This document shows positions 1 to 9,909 of a DNA stretch of 64,000 nt, piece after piece. A model generated the notes under the pieces. It did not search any database and was not told the DNA's origin. It worked only from the letters and a program-made list of their open reading frames with translations. Each line of letters begins with the position of its first letter. Position 1 is the first letter of the stretch. The stretch spans positions 256,001 to 320,000 of the forward strand of contig OX638340.1 of the NCBI GenBank assembly GCA_951812955.1, written 5' to 3'. The position numbers and the translations under genes are program-made. This DNA comes from an uncultured Gemmatimonadota bacterium. Its GTDB lineage: Bacteria > JAAXHH01.

Positions 1-114
1 TACCATCCGATCGGTTACGGACTCCGAAAACCCTGGGTGAAGGGATATGCCACGCGTCCCGACGGCACGGTAGGCAGCATGGTGTGGGACAAGGTTTATA
101 TCGGTGAACACTGA
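1..114 (+). CDS. C-terminal fragment of a protein running off the window start; resembles the C-terminus of family-5 ABC substrate-binding proteins
   Basis: Frame-1 translation ...TRPDGTVGSMVWDKVYIGEH* ends at TGA 112-114. The tail resembles ...RYPDGTVGGLMYSRLYKSRK at the end of the SBP at 19668..21311. Confidence 0.4.
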   Translation, partial: YHPIGYGLRKPWVKGYATRPDGTVGSMVWDKVYIGEH

Positions 115-133
115 CCGAAGAGAGGGCGGGGAC

Positions 134-1432
134 ATGGCCAGCGATCTCACTTCCGCGCCGGCGAATCAGCGTATCAACATGAGTTGCGGGCAGACGCCCC
201 TCTCACCTGCCTGCCTCGCGGCCATCGGGGAGCAGCTCGTGGAACCGGTCTATTATGCTCATTACCCCGAGGTCGAAAAAGAAACCTGTCTCCTGCTCAA
301 GCGGTTGATGCATACCAAAAACGGTCCCATGCTCATGCCGGGATCCGCCGTTTACGGCCTCGAAGCGGCCATGCTAAGCACCGTCGAGTCCGGTGACCAT
401 GTGCTGACAGTCCAGACCGGCGTCTTCGGCCGGCTGCTGACGGAATTGGCCCGGTTCGCGGGCGGTAATACGACTGAGATCGCCCTCGAGGAAGGACAGG
501 CTGTCGACCCGGAAACGATCCGTGGATATCTGCTCGACGACCCGGAAATCAGGCAGGTTGCACTGGTTCACTGCGAGACCACGACGGGCACCCTGAATCC
601 CATCGAGGCAATCGGGCGAATGCTGAAGATGGAGTTTCCCCACGTGATCTACATGGTAGACTGCGTGTCGTCCTTCGGAGGGATCGAAGTGCGTGTCGAC
701 GACTGGGGCATCGATCTGATGGTCACCACGACGCAGAAGTGCCTGAACGCGCCGCAGGGCCTGGCGTTAGTCGTAGCCAGTGAAAAGGCCTGGGACAAGA
801 TCGAAAACCTACGTAGCGCGCCGCGCGCCATGTGCCTCGATCTCCACTCCTGGCGCCGCTACGGCATGGACGGAGGCGCCGCGCTGGGGTACGACACGTT
901 CGACAGGGCGGGCGTTCCGCGTGCGCAAAGACCACATCCACGGGACTGGCCCGTTCACGGCCCCCATCCGTCCTACACCCTGGTCGTGGGACTGCACGCG
1001 TCGCTGAAGGCCATCATGGACGAGGGGCCGAAACGCGTCTACCGCCGCCAGTACGTCGCGTCCAGGGCGGTGCACGCGGCGTTGAGCGCCATGGGTCTCA
1101 GCATCGTAGCCGCGACAGAGAAGTCGGCCGCGCCTGTGGCGACGCGTATCGCGCAGCCCGCATCGCCGGACCAGCTCGACATGACCGAATTGCACCGGAT
1201 CCTCTTCGAAGATCACGGCATCGCGATCAGCAGCCTTGCCCGTATAGGGACCATGGGCTTTATGGCCGAACCCGGGCCGGTGCTTCGCACCATGTCTGCG
1301 TTGGAGCATACCCTGAACACATTGGGATGGGATGTGGAAGTAGGCACGGGCGTAACGGCGGCCAGGGAGGTATTCGAGCGCTCGGAGGTTTTTTACGGCC
1401 GGGCAGTCGGAAGCCAGGACGTATCCCCATGA
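134..1432 (+). CDS. Class V aminotransferase (serine-pyruvate / alanine-glyoxylate aminotransferase family), PLP-dependent
   Basis: 442-aa ORF with a PGP-like N-terminus (MSCGQTPLSPA) and the S-x-Q-K PLP-lysine context TTTQKCLNAPQG. ATG at 134 has AGAGGG 7 nt upstream; an alternative ATG is at 179. Confidence 0.7.
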   Translation: MASDLTSAPANQRINMSCGQTPLSPACLAAIGEQLVEPVYYAHYPEVEKETCLLLKRLMHTKNGPMLMPGSAVYGLEAAMLSTVESGDHVLTVQTGVFGRLLTELARFAGGNTTEIALEEGQAVDPETIRGYLLDDPEIRQVALVHCETTTGTLNPIEAIGRMLKMEFPHVIYMVDCVSSFGGIEVRVDDWGIDLMVTTTQKCLNAPQGLALVVASEKAWDKIENLRSAPRAMCLDLHSWRRYGMDGGAALGYDTFDRAGVPRAQRPHPRDWPVHGPHPSYTLVVGLHASLKAIMDEGPKRVYRRQYVASRAVHAALSAMGLSIVAATEKSAAPVATRIAQPASPDQLDMTELHRILFEDHGIAISSLARIGTMGFMAEPGPVLRTMSALEHTLNTLGWDVEVGTGVTAAREVFERSEVFYGRAVGSQDVSP

Positions 1433-1480
1433 CCGCGCTCCGACAGGCCTGCTGTCGGAGTCCTGGCTCCATCCCCGTCG

Positions 1481-3250
1481 CTACTGATCGTCCTCAGGAC
1501 CGCTGGATCCGAACAGCCACTGCCACATATTCATGCTTCGGTCCTCAGCTGCACCGTCCTTCACGACGTCCTCGGTGACGTACAGCGTTGTAGACAGGTT
1601 CAGATGCTTGTCGACGCGTAACGCGAAACCGCCCAGGTCGTTACGCTCCAGCGCCTCGGTCCGCAGGTAGGGCTTCCACAGTTCGTTATGCTGACTGTGC
1701 CACAGGAACACGCCGGCCACGTCTTCGACCAATACGCGTTCTGCCTCGCGGTACAGCGCCATGCGACGGGACGGATCTCCAATCAGGTGATTGGCGATCT
1801 CCATGATGGATTCGAAACGTTCGTTGTACCAGGCATGGCGGCCCGTCGAAAGCCAGATACCAAGTAGATTGCTGGGATCCAGGTAGTCGTATCCATAGGG
1901 GATCATGGCGAAGGCGATGTTGCCTTCGTACATGGATTCCATGAAGAGTTTGGCCTCGGTGTTCTGCACGCCGATGTCGATGTTCAGATTCTGCTTGAGC
2001 ATAGCCTGTACCGCCTGGGGAGCCTGCCCCCCTTGCAGGTTGGTCCCCCTGATCCACATAATGGTCGGCGGAAACCCCTTGCCGTTCGGATAGCCGGCTT
2101 CCGCAAGCCGTTGACGTGCCAGGACAGGGTCGTATCGCTGTATGGGGGCGAGTTTCCCGGGATTCGCCGCGGGGAAACCTTCGGGCAACATCGACGTTGC
2201 GGGTACGGCAACCCCCCGAAGAGCGGAGTCGACCATCGCGTCGTTGTCTATGGCATGGCTGAAGGCCTGCCGCACCCGCAGGTCGTTGAATGGCGGCTTG
2301 AAGGTGTCCATCATCAGGTAGGTGGTACCGAAGGCCATGTAGGTGTCTAACTGGTCCCTTAGCCGGGGATCCGCCCTGACGCGGTTGATTTCCGCCTGGT
2401 TGGACAGCACGACGTGGTCCACGTCCCCGGTTTCGTAGGAGGAAAGCATGGGTGGCTGGGCCGCCACGTTGAACAGCCTGTTGACCACCCGCTCAAGATA
2501 GGGTTTGTGGGGCCCCCGGTAGTGGGGATTCGGCTCCAGCACGATGCGGTCAAGCTTCGACCATTCCACCAGCCTGAAGGGTCCGCTTCCCATCAGTGTT
2601 TCCGGCTTTGTAGACCAGCCCGCACCATATTTATCGAAAAGATGAGTGGGCGTCACCCAGCTGAAGGCCAGGATCAGGGGCAGGTAGGGAGTGGGATCTT
2701 CGGTTGTTATTGCCAGGGTGTGATCGTCCAGCGCTTTGACACCCAGGGAGTCGAGAGGCTGCTTGCCGGCAACGACCGCGCCCCAGTTCGTGATCGAACG
2801 GTAGTACCATTCGAGATCAAACCCCGTATTGGGGTCCGCCCACCGCTTGAAGGTGTCTTCGAAGTCATGCGCCGTAAGGGGATGACCGTCGGCGAAGATC
2901 AGGTTGGACTGGAGGTAAAAGGTCCAGGCGAGCCCGTCGTCCGATACAACCCACCGCGTCGCCGCGGCCGGCAGCAGGTTGTAGTTCCGATCCATGCGCA
3001 CAAGCGGTTCGTTGACCAGCGCATAGTCGTGTCCGACCACCTGGTAGTGGGAGGTGGCCATGTCAAGGTAGCGGTTCTCGGCCTTGAAACTGGTGAAGAC
3101 CTGGTACTCGGGCGGGGCCGCGTCGGGAGGAAGTGGTATGCCGATGGAGTTGATGTAGGGAGCGGGCGGGTCCGCGTCCTGCCAGGCCAATGCGGCCGTG
3201 CAGGCAATGCACGTCGCGGAGAGGAGCGCGACTATGAACCGGACTCTCAC
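1481..3250 (-). CDS. ABC transporter substrate-binding protein, family 5 (peptide/nickel/opine type), with signal peptide
   Basis: 589 aa. Hydrophobic N-terminus (MRVRFIVALLSATCIACTAALA), then the typical SBP-5 fold length and motifs. No permease or ATPase genes adjacent. Confidence 0.85.
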   Translation of the reverse strand: MRVRFIVALLSATCIACTAALAWQDADPPAPYINSIGIPLPPDAAPPEYQVFTSFKAENRYLDMATSHYQVVGHDYALVNEPLVRMDRNYNLLPAAATRWVVSDDGLAWTFYLQSNLIFADGHPLTAHDFEDTFKRWADPNTGFDLEWYYRSITNWGAVVAGKQPLDSLGVKALDDHTLAITTEDPTPYLPLILAFSWVTPTHLFDKYGAGWSTKPETLMGSGPFRLVEWSKLDRIVLEPNPHYRGPHKPYLERVVNRLFNVAAQPPMLSSYETGDVDHVVLSNQAEINRVRADPRLRDQLDTYMAFGTTYLMMDTFKPPFNDLRVRQAFSHAIDNDAMVDSALRGVAVPATSMLPEGFPAANPGKLAPIQRYDPVLARQRLAEAGYPNGKGFPPTIMWIRGTNLQGGQAPQAVQAMLKQNLNIDIGVQNTEAKLFMESMYEGNIAFAMIPYGYDYLDPSNLLGIWLSTGRHAWYNERFESIMEIANHLIGDPSRRMALYREAERVLVEDVAGVFLWHSQHNELWKPYLRTEALERNDLGGFALRVDKHLNLSTTLYVTEDVVKDGAAEDRSMNMWQWLFGSSGPEDDQ

Positions 3251-3285
3251 GGCAAATCCCCTTCTTCCCCGTCGGGTGATTCCGG

Positions 3286-3642
3286 TTACTCCAGGTACAG
3301 GATCACCTTGCCCGCTTCAATCTCCACCCGGTAGGTCTTGACCCGCATGCGGGGATCGTAGAGCGCCTGGCCGGTGGCGAGGTCGAACTCCCACTGGTGC
3401 CACGCGCACTTCAGGACCTGCTTCTCGTGGTGATCGACCGAGTATACTTCATCGGCCGTGACATAGGGTCTCAGTCGGCCGAGGCAGAGCGGTCCGCCCT
3501 TGTGTGGACAACGGTTCCTCAGGGCGTAGTACCGGCCGTCGACGTTGAACACGCCGATCCCGCCGCGCCCGCCCGCGGGGACGATCCGCCGCTCTCCGGG
3601 GGGCAGGTCATCCACGGCGGCGACCTCGTATCGCTCGCTCAT
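3286..3642 (-). CDS. Rieske [2Fe-2S] domain protein (small NirD / Rieske-ferredoxin-like)
   Basis: 118 aa with the CPHKGGPL ... CAWHQWEF pair of Cys-x-His / Cys-x-x-His motifs. Overlaps the upstream amidohydrolase gene by 4 bp. Confidence 0.8.
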   Translation of the reverse strand: MSERYEVAAVDDLPPGERRIVPAGGRGGIGVFNVDGRYYALRNRCPHKGGPLCLGRLRPYVTADEVYSVDHHEKQVLKCAWHQWEFDLATGQALYDPRMRVKTYRVEIEAGKVILYLE

Positions 3643-4748
3643 CTGGTGGGGCTTCCCTGTTCGTCCAGGCCGTATAGATCCCGCGCGGTTTCCACGAATA
3701 CCTTTCGCTTCAGTCCCGAGTCAATCCCGGGCAGCACCGAATCGGGTGATTCCCAGTCCCAGTGAGGATAGTCGCTGGCGTAAACGAGGATCTCGTCCGC
3801 GTGAAGCCAGTCCAGGAAAGTACTGAGATCCCGGCGGGTCGGCGGCTGTTCCATGGGCTGGCATCCAAACCGGATGTGGCCGCGTATGTATTCACTGGGC
3901 AGGCGCTTGACCCAGGGCGTGTAGTCGCGTACCGCCTTCCAGTCCGCGTCCATATGCCACATCAGGCCCGGTACCCAGAAGGTGTCGTGTTCAATGAAAA
4001 GGAATTTGAGATCGGGGAATTTCTCGAAGGTCCCTTCGCAGATCAGGCTAACGACGTGGGCCATGGCGATCTGGGGACGGGCCATGCGCATTTCCAGGTA
4101 GTATGAAGGGTACCCGGCCGCCGTGGGGGCGTTGGCTATCCCGGCGCCCTCGACACCGAAGTGCACGCACATGGGAAGACGGCACGCCTGCGCGGCCTCG
4201 TAGATCGGGTCGTAGAACCGGTTGCCGAAGGGCATCCGTCCGCCGGCGGGCATGATGACCTGCAATACCTCGGGACGGTCGCCGATGCGCCGGATTTCCG
4301 CGGCCGCCTGCTGCGGATCCGTCGGCGCCACCGCCACCGACGCGCGGAAACGGCCGTCCGCCTTGATCCAGGTCTCCAGGGTCCAGTCGTTGAAAGCCCG
4401 GCACATGGCGGCGCCATAATCCGCGTTCGGGTGCACCGCCGCGCCGTACACGGTCACGCCCGTCAGTAGAGCCACGTCAATGCCGTACTCGTCGAGATGA
4501 TGCTCACGCGCCAGGTCGATGTTGCTGCTGGGGTGGGTCTCGGTGTGTTCCCATAATTCGGCGCGGCATCCGCCTTTCGGGAGGTTGGTGTACCCGACGC
4601 CGGGCATCATGGACCCGAAGTCCTTCACGTATTCCACGTAATGATCGGGGAGATAGGGGAACAGGTCTTCGATTTCCACCACACCGTGGTGCAGGTCGCA
4701 GTCGATGAGATTTAACTTCGAAGCGGACTTTCGTGCGACCTCGGCCAT
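3639..4748 (-). CDS. Amidohydrolase-2 family metal-dependent hydrolase (ACMSD-like)
   Basis: N-terminal IDCDLHH (HxH metal site) and C-terminal DYPHWD. Start taken at MAEVARKS (ATG 4746-4748), which has GGAAGG upstream. The longer ORF to 4820 is possible. Confidence 0.7.
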   Translation of the reverse strand: MAEVARKSASKLNLIDCDLHHGVVEIEDLFPYLPDHYVEYVKDFGSMMPGVGYTNLPKGGCRAELWEHTETHPSSNIDLAREHHLDEYGIDVALLTGVTVYGAAVHPNADYGAAMCRAFNDWTLETWIKADGRFRASVAVAPTDPQQAAAEIRRIGDRPEVLQVIMPAGGRMPFGNRFYDPIYEAAQACRLPMCVHFGVEGAGIANAPTAAGYPSYYLEMRMARPQIAMAHVVSLICEGTFEKFPDLKFLFIEHDTFWVPGLMWHMDADWKAVRDYTPWVKRLPSEYIRGHIRFGCQPMEQPPTRRDLSTFLDWLHADEILVYASDYPHWDWESPDSVLPGIDSGLKRKVFVETARDLYGLDEQGSPTR

Positions 4749-5068
4749 GGTCTGAGAAAACCTTCCAGAAGCTCCGCGTAACAGGTGGGAATGGTGTTTC
4801 TGCCATAAACACGCAATCAAGCGGTCCTGTCAAGCTGATTCAGTGATTCCGCGCCTCGGGCCGATGCCGGGGTTGCCAGATACGCGGAAGACGCTCAATT
4901 TAAAGCATGGCCCGGTATCGCGGCGAGCCTGCGGGACCGGCTCTGCCGGCGAACGAGGCGACCCGGTGAAATTTGTACTTTTCATTTATCGGCCAGACAC
5001 TAAATTTCCATACCGTTTCGTACTTGCGCCTTAAATCGACCGCGTAGCCAAATCTGCATTGGACGCCT

Positions 5069-5791
5069 ATGATATCCTGGATTTACGACCCCGAGGCATG
5101 GGTCGCCCTCGTCACGCTTACGACCCTTGAGATTGTGCTGGGCATCGACAACATCGTCGTGCTCTCGATTCTCGTAGGGCGTCTGCCGGCCCACCAACGG
5201 CAACGCGCACGCATCATAGGACTCGGGCTGGCCATGATCATGCGGCTGGGGCTGCTGCTCACGCTGGCCTGGATAATGACCCTGACGGCAACACTGTTCA
5301 CCGTGTTCAGCGAAGCTATTTCGGGCCGGGACCTCATTCTGATATTAGGAGGACTGTTCCTGCTCGTAAAGAGTACGACCGAGATCCATGGCACGTTCGA
5401 GGAACATCGCAAGACCGAAACTACCCCCAAAGTGAGCTCCTATGCAGGCGTGTTGATACAGATCGCGCTGATCGACATCATTTTCTCGCTGGATTCGGTC
5501 ATTACCGCGGTCGGTATGGCGGAACACGTACCCGTGATGATGCTCGCGATCATCATCGCCGTACTCTTCATGATGATGGCCGCCAGATCGATCGGGGATT
5601 TTGTCGATACCAATCCTACGGTGAAAATGCTGGCGCTGAGTTTTCTCGTGTTGATAGGCGTAGCGCTTATCGCCGACGGACTCGATCTTCATATTCCCAA
5701 GGGTTACATCTACTTCGCCATGGCCTTTTCGGTCGGCGTGGAGATGCTGAACATGCGCCTGCGGCGCCACCAGGACGGTTCCGGCAGTTAG
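5069..5791 (+). CDS. TerC family integral membrane protein
   Basis: 240 aa, multi-TM, with the GIDNIVVLSIL motif typical of TerC/Alx/YjbE proteins. Confidence 0.85.
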   Translation: MISWIYDPEAWVALVTLTTLEIVLGIDNIVVLSILVGRLPAHQRQRARIIGLGLAMIMRLGLLLTLAWIMTLTATLFTVFSEAISGRDLILILGGLFLLVKSTTEIHGTFEEHRKTETTPKVSSYAGVLIQIALIDIIFSLDSVITAVGMAEHVPVMMLAIIIAVLFMMMAARSIGDFVDTNPTVKMLALSFLVLIGVALIADGLDLHIPKGYIYFAMAFSVGVEMLNMRLRRHQDGSGS

Positions 5792-5825
5792 CAGGTACAG
5801 AAACACCGAAACTGGAGATGACCAC

Positions 5826-6806
5826 ATGGAATACCGGCAACTCGGCCGTTTCGGCGTGCGCGTGTCTCCCATCTGCCTCGGCACGGCGTTCCGGGGCTTC
5901 TGGGCCGGCCGGACAAACGAGAAGACCTGCATCCGGACGATAGAAACGGCGGTGGATCTTGGGATCAACTTCATCGACTGCGCGAACTTCTACTTCGGCG
6001 GCAGGTGCGAGGAAGTGCTGGGCAAGGCCCTGGCCGGCATGAAGGACAAACGGGACAACCTGGTGATCACCAGCAAGGTCTGGAGCGAGATCGGGCCGGG
6101 CCCTAACGACAGGGGCACCTCGCGCTACCATATCATGCGGGAGATCGACCGTTCGTTGAGACGCCTGGGCCTGGACCATATCGATCTCTATCTACTGCAC
6201 CACTTCGATCCCGACACCCCCCTGGACGAAACAATGGACGCCATGAACGATTTGGTCAGGCAGGGCAAGGCCAGGTATGTCGGCATGTGCAACTACACGG
6301 CCGCGCAGGTCGTCGAGGCGTTGTGGGTAGCCGACAAACACGGCTTTGCCAGGCCGGTCTGCCTCCAGAATCACTACAACCTGATCCATCGTTCCGCCGT
6401 GGAGACCGAACTCCTCGACCGGTGCCGTCGGCACGGGCTGGGGATGATGACGTACAGTCCCATCGCCGTAGGCCTGCTTACGGGCCGGTGCCGGCGGGGC
6501 GAGGATCCGCCCGAGGGCTCGATCTGGACGAAAGATATCGAGCGGTACAGGAAAACCATGACGCCAGCCGTCGATCAACTCATCGCCACGTTGATCGACG
6601 TGGCCGCGGAGCTTGACAGAACCCCCGCGCAGGTCGCTTTCGCGTGGATCCTGGATCATCCCGATGTAACGGCCGCGATGACCGGTCCGGACCAGCCGGA
6701 ACACGTGGAAGAGGTCTGCGGCGGGACGGGCTGGAAACTGCCTGCCGAGATCCGAAGTAAGCTGGACGAGGCTTCCGCCCCGGAACGCCTCGGTCAGTCT
6801 GCGTAG
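5826..6806 (+). CDS. Aldo/keto reductase family oxidoreductase
   Basis: 326 aa. N-terminus MEYRQLGRFGVRVSPICLGT with ...IDCANFY... and ...DLYLLHHFD...; classic AKR signatures. Confidence 0.9.
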   Translation: MEYRQLGRFGVRVSPICLGTAFRGFWAGRTNEKTCIRTIETAVDLGINFIDCANFYFGGRCEEVLGKALAGMKDKRDNLVITSKVWSEIGPGPNDRGTSRYHIMREIDRSLRRLGLDHIDLYLLHHFDPDTPLDETMDAMNDLVRQGKARYVGMCNYTAAQVVEALWVADKHGFARPVCLQNHYNLIHRSAVETELLDRCRRHGLGMMTYSPIAVGLLTGRCRRGEDPPEGSIWTKDIERYRKTMTPAVDQLIATLIDVAAELDRTPAQVAFAWILDHPDVTAAMTGPDQPEHVEEVCGGTGWKLPAEIRSKLDEASAPERLGQSA

Positions 6807-6858
6807 CAAGATTTCCTGCCGGGCCGTTGTGCTCCGCTGGTCCGCGGCTCATTGCCAT

Positions 6859-6884
6859 CCCCGGCACGGTCCTGCGGGGTTTTA
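6859..6884 (+). terminator. Candidate rho-independent terminator downstream of the AKR gene
   Basis: CCCCGGCA-cggtcc-TGCGGGG forms a 7-bp GC stem with one bulge, followed by TTTTA. It lies 53 nt after the AKR stop. Confidence 0.4.
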
Positions 6885-6887
6885 TCC

Positions 6888-8204
6888 CTATCCGTCTCCC
6901 GTATCCTGCTCATCCATATCGGCCATCCGATCGATCCTGAGCCGTTGGACACGGGTAGGCAAAACGCGCAGCGCCGTCATCAGATGTGCTCCGGTACGGA
7001 CCTGTTCCCCCTGCTTGGGAATGTGACCCAGCAGTTCGATCATGACCCCGCCCGTGGTATCCGAGGTCAGTTCATCGGGAAGTTGCAGCCCGCAGGCGCG
7101 GATGACCTGGTCGACGGGACAACTGGCTTCGACCTCGAAACGGTGGGGTCCGGTCCGCACGATGAGCGGCGCCTCACTGTCGAATTCGTCTTGAATTGGA
7201 CCTACCAGTTCCTCGAGTACGTTTTCCAATGTAATCATACCGGAAACCGTGCCGAACTCGTCCACCAGGACGGCAAGCATGGTATTTCGGCGCTGGAATT
7301 CCAGGAGCAGCGCGTCCAGCTTGATGGTCTCGGGCAGGAACAACGGATCCCGTGCGATTCCTTCCAGACTGGAGGAGCCCTGTTCGTCGAACAGGATCCG
7401 GAACAGGTCCTTGACGTGTACAATCCCGACGATCTGATCCAGGTCCTCGTCGCACAGCGGGAAACGCGTATGTCCCGATTCGGCTACCACGCGCAGTTTC
7501 GTTTCCCGTTCGTCGTGCTGGTTCAGGTACACGATCTGGTTGCGGGGCAGCATGTAACGGCGCGCGACTTTTTCTTCCAGGTCGAGCACGTTTTCCATGA
7601 TCCTTCGCTCCCGCCTGGTGACGTGGCCTCCGGCTACCATGGTGACCAGGGTCATCCGCAATTCAGGTTCCGTGATGGATTCGCCCTGTTCGTTCATGAT
7701 ACGTATACCCAGGCACCTCAGCATGAGGTTGGCGCTGATGTTCAGCAACCAGATGAATGGCCGGAATATCCGGTAGAAGACGACGAGCGGAATCCCAATG
7801 GCGAGGGCCACCTGCCGGCACTTCTGCAGTGCGACGAACTTGGGGACAAGCTCTCCCGCGGTGATCAGCAGGAAGGTCATGACCGCAAAGGCAACTGGAA
7901 TCGCAATGAGATGGGAGGTCTCCGCGGAGAAACCCAGGGTGATTACGAGCGGTTCGAGCAGCGCGGCCATGGTCCGTTCGCTGAACCAACCGAGACCAAG
8001 GCTGCCGAGCGTGACGCCAAGTTGGCACGAAGAAAGGTAGGTGTCGAGGCTGTACAGGATGTTACGAACGGTCTGCGCGGTTCTGCTGCCGTCCTTCGCC
8101 AGCACTTCGATTTCAGACAGGCGTATCTTCACCAGCGCGAATTCCGCAGCTACGAAGAAGCCGTTGAACGCGACCAGCAGCAGGACGATGATTAGGTCAT
8201 TCAT
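6888..8204 (-). CDS. HlyC/CorC (CNNM) family transporter: DUF21 membrane domain, CBS pair and CorC_HlyC domain
   Basis: 438 aa. N-terminal TM region MNDLIIVLLLVAFNGFFVAAEFALV, then CBS-like and C-terminal transporter-associated regions. Confidence 0.85.
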   Translation of the reverse strand: MNDLIIVLLLVAFNGFFVAAEFALVKIRLSEIEVLAKDGSRTAQTVRNILYSLDTYLSSCQLGVTLGSLGLGWFSERTMAALLEPLVITLGFSAETSHLIAIPVAFAVMTFLLITAGELVPKFVALQKCRQVALAIGIPLVVFYRIFRPFIWLLNISANLMLRCLGIRIMNEQGESITEPELRMTLVTMVAGGHVTRRERRIMENVLDLEEKVARRYMLPRNQIVYLNQHDERETKLRVVAESGHTRFPLCDEDLDQIVGIVHVKDLFRILFDEQGSSSLEGIARDPLFLPETIKLDALLLEFQRRNTMLAVLVDEFGTVSGMITLENVLEELVGPIQDEFDSEAPLIVRTGPHRFEVEASCPVDQVIRACGLQLPDELTSDTTGGVMIELLGHIPKQGEQVRTGAHLMTALRVLPTRVQRLRIDRMADMDEQDTGDG

Positions 8205-8263
8205 GGTTCAGGGGGATGATCGGAGCGTACCCGTCGCGGTTGAAGTTAGTGAACCAGGGGAAT

Positions 8264-8731
8264 TCAGCGAACGGAACCACCGAATTTATCGGTCAGCACT
8301 TCACGACGGTAATCGAAAATCGCGTTGAGCTGGTTCTTGACGATCGCTGCATGTACCATACGGCCCAGGAATCCAAATGGCAAGGCATAATGGATCAGGT
8401 CGACCATTTCCACGCCGTGCTCTGTAGACCGCAATCGGTGTTCATGGTGCCAGAATCTGTATGGTCCGGATCTCTGCTCGTCAATAAAATACCTAAGTGG
8501 TTCTGCCTGAGTAATTTCCGTGACCCAGTTAAAGCAGAACATTTTGTATAGCGCGAGCCTGTAGGTGATGATGAGGCCCGGGTATACGCAGTCGGGCAGT
8601 TCGGAAGTAACGGTCAGTCCGACCCCCGGCGGAGTCAGATTGCGAAGATGCTCGGGGCGGCACAGGAAATCCCAGGCGGCGTCCAGGGATACGGGCAGAA
8701 TCTGCGTACGCTGCAACCGGTAGACATGCAT
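8264..8731 (-). CDS. SRPBCC superfamily protein (START/Bet v1-like; polyketide cyclase/dehydrase-like)
   Basis: About 155 aa from MHVYRLQR...; the aromatic-rich ...RFWHHEH... core is typical. The ORF extends to 8848, but the MHVYRL start fits the family length. Confidence 0.55.
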   Translation of the reverse strand: MHVYRLQRTQILPVSLDAAWDFLCRPEHLRNLTPPGVGLTVTSELPDCVYPGLIITYRLALYKMFCFNWVTEITQAEPLRYFIDEQRSGPYRFWHHEHRLRSTEHGVEMVDLIHYALPFGFLGRMVHAAIVKNQLNAIFDYRREVLTDKFGGSVR

Positions 8732-8939
8732 GGAATCCGGATCTCCTGTTCGAATTATCCGACTAACCGGGGTCTGCCCCGTCGCAATGCCGACAGGTGT
8801 GCCCCTCCAGTCCGAAGCCGCTATTCCGGATACTACGGGAATCCTCAATGCGAGTCAATCCACATTGGCCGGGTGGGGGAATCGCGCGTGCGCACCGACC
8901 TTGACATTGCGTGGTCCCGGTCTTAACTTTCGCCACACT

Positions 8940-9848
8940 ATGGTCATACTCGTTACTGGCGGATCGGGGTTGATCGGCCGCCGGCTGATCCCATACCTCG
9001 AGACGCGCGGCCACCGGGTCGTTCGCTTGGTCAGATCCAGAGACAAGGTCGGCGAGAATGCGATCTTCTGGTCCTCCTCCGAAGGCCGCGTTTATTGGGA
9101 CGAATCCGGTGGAATAGACGCCATCGTGCACCTGGCGGGCGAGTCGATCCTGGGCCGATGGACCAGGGCCAAGAAGGCCCGGATACGCGACAGCCGCGTC
9201 GACCCCACCCGCAACCTCTGTGCGTTTCTCGCAGGGATGGAGGCACCGCCCAGGGTCCTGGTGGCCGCGTCGGCCACCGGATTTTACGGCAACCGCGGCA
9301 AAGAACCGCTCGTCGAGGAGTCCCAGTCAGGTAACGGCTTTCTTCCCGGGGTATGCAGGCAGTGGGAAGCGGCGACGGGACCGGCCCGCGACGCAGGGAT
9401 CCGGGTCGCGAATCTGCGCATCGGTATGGTACTGACTCCCGAAGGAGGCGCGCTGGCCGCCATGCGCATGCCCTTCCGGCTGGCGCTGGGCGGAAGAGTC
9501 GGGGACGGTAGACAGTACATGAGCTGGATTACCCGGGACGACCTGGTTGCCGCAATCCGTTTCATCCTGGAATCGGACGAACTGGACGGACCCATAAACG
9601 CCGTTGCCCCCGGGTCCGTTGACAATGCGGAGTTTACGCGGGTTCTGGGTCTTGCGCTGCATCGTCCGACCCCCTTTTCGGTACCCGCCTTCGCAGTCCG
9701 CCTGTTGTTCGGCCAAATGGGAAACGACCTGCTTCTCGCGAGCGCGAAAGTCATACCCGAACGTCTTCAGCAAGCGGGTTTTCAATTCGAGCACGCGGAT
9801 CTGAAGTCTGCGCTGAACGACCTGTTGCAGACGAGACCTTCGACATGA
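8940..9848 (+). CDS. TIGR01777 (YfcH-like) NAD-dependent epimerase/dehydratase family protein with C-terminal DUF1731
   Basis: MVILVTGGSGLIGRRL Rossmann motif at the proposed start (ATG 8940). The length and C-terminal region match the YfcH family. Confidence 0.8.
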   Translation: MVILVTGGSGLIGRRLIPYLETRGHRVVRLVRSRDKVGENAIFWSSSEGRVYWDESGGIDAIVHLAGESILGRWTRAKKARIRDSRVDPTRNLCAFLAGMEAPPRVLVAASATGFYGNRGKEPLVEESQSGNGFLPGVCRQWEAATGPARDAGIRVANLRIGMVLTPEGGALAAMRMPFRLALGGRVGDGRQYMSWITRDDLVAAIRFILESDELDGPINAVAPGSVDNAEFTRVLGLALHRPTPFSVPAFAVRLLFGQMGNDLLLASAKVIPERLQQAGFQFEHADLKSALNDLLQTRPST

Positions 9849-9909
9849 ACAGGAAGGACCGGTTCTCCACGAATGCGGCGCCTCATGCCGCGTCGATCCC
9901 TATGCAACG

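Noticed and set aside
104-133. The longer N-terminal extension of the first aminotransferase (ORF from 104).
   Set aside because: It would overlap the stop of the upstream gene fragment. ATG 134 has a properly spaced AGAGGG SD, and the family N-terminus aligns from about residue 25 of the long ORF.
809-1578. Long ORFs on alternative frames or the opposite strand overlapping confident genes; examples are 809..1309 -, 832..1578 +, 2414..3334 +, 26024..27211 -, 36926..38052, 43221..43667 - and 61065..61928 -.
   Set aside because: They lie entirely inside better-supported CDSs with recognisable family motifs. Their translations are Arg/Pro/Gly-rich nonsense typical of high-GC off-frame ORFs.
4821-5068. 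Expected yybP-ykoY (Mn2+) riboswitch in the 5' leader of the TerC-family gene.
   Set aside because: I could not recognise the conserved riboswitch helices or sequence by eye in the 250-bp leader. A covariance-model search (Rfam RF00080) would be needed, so it is not called.
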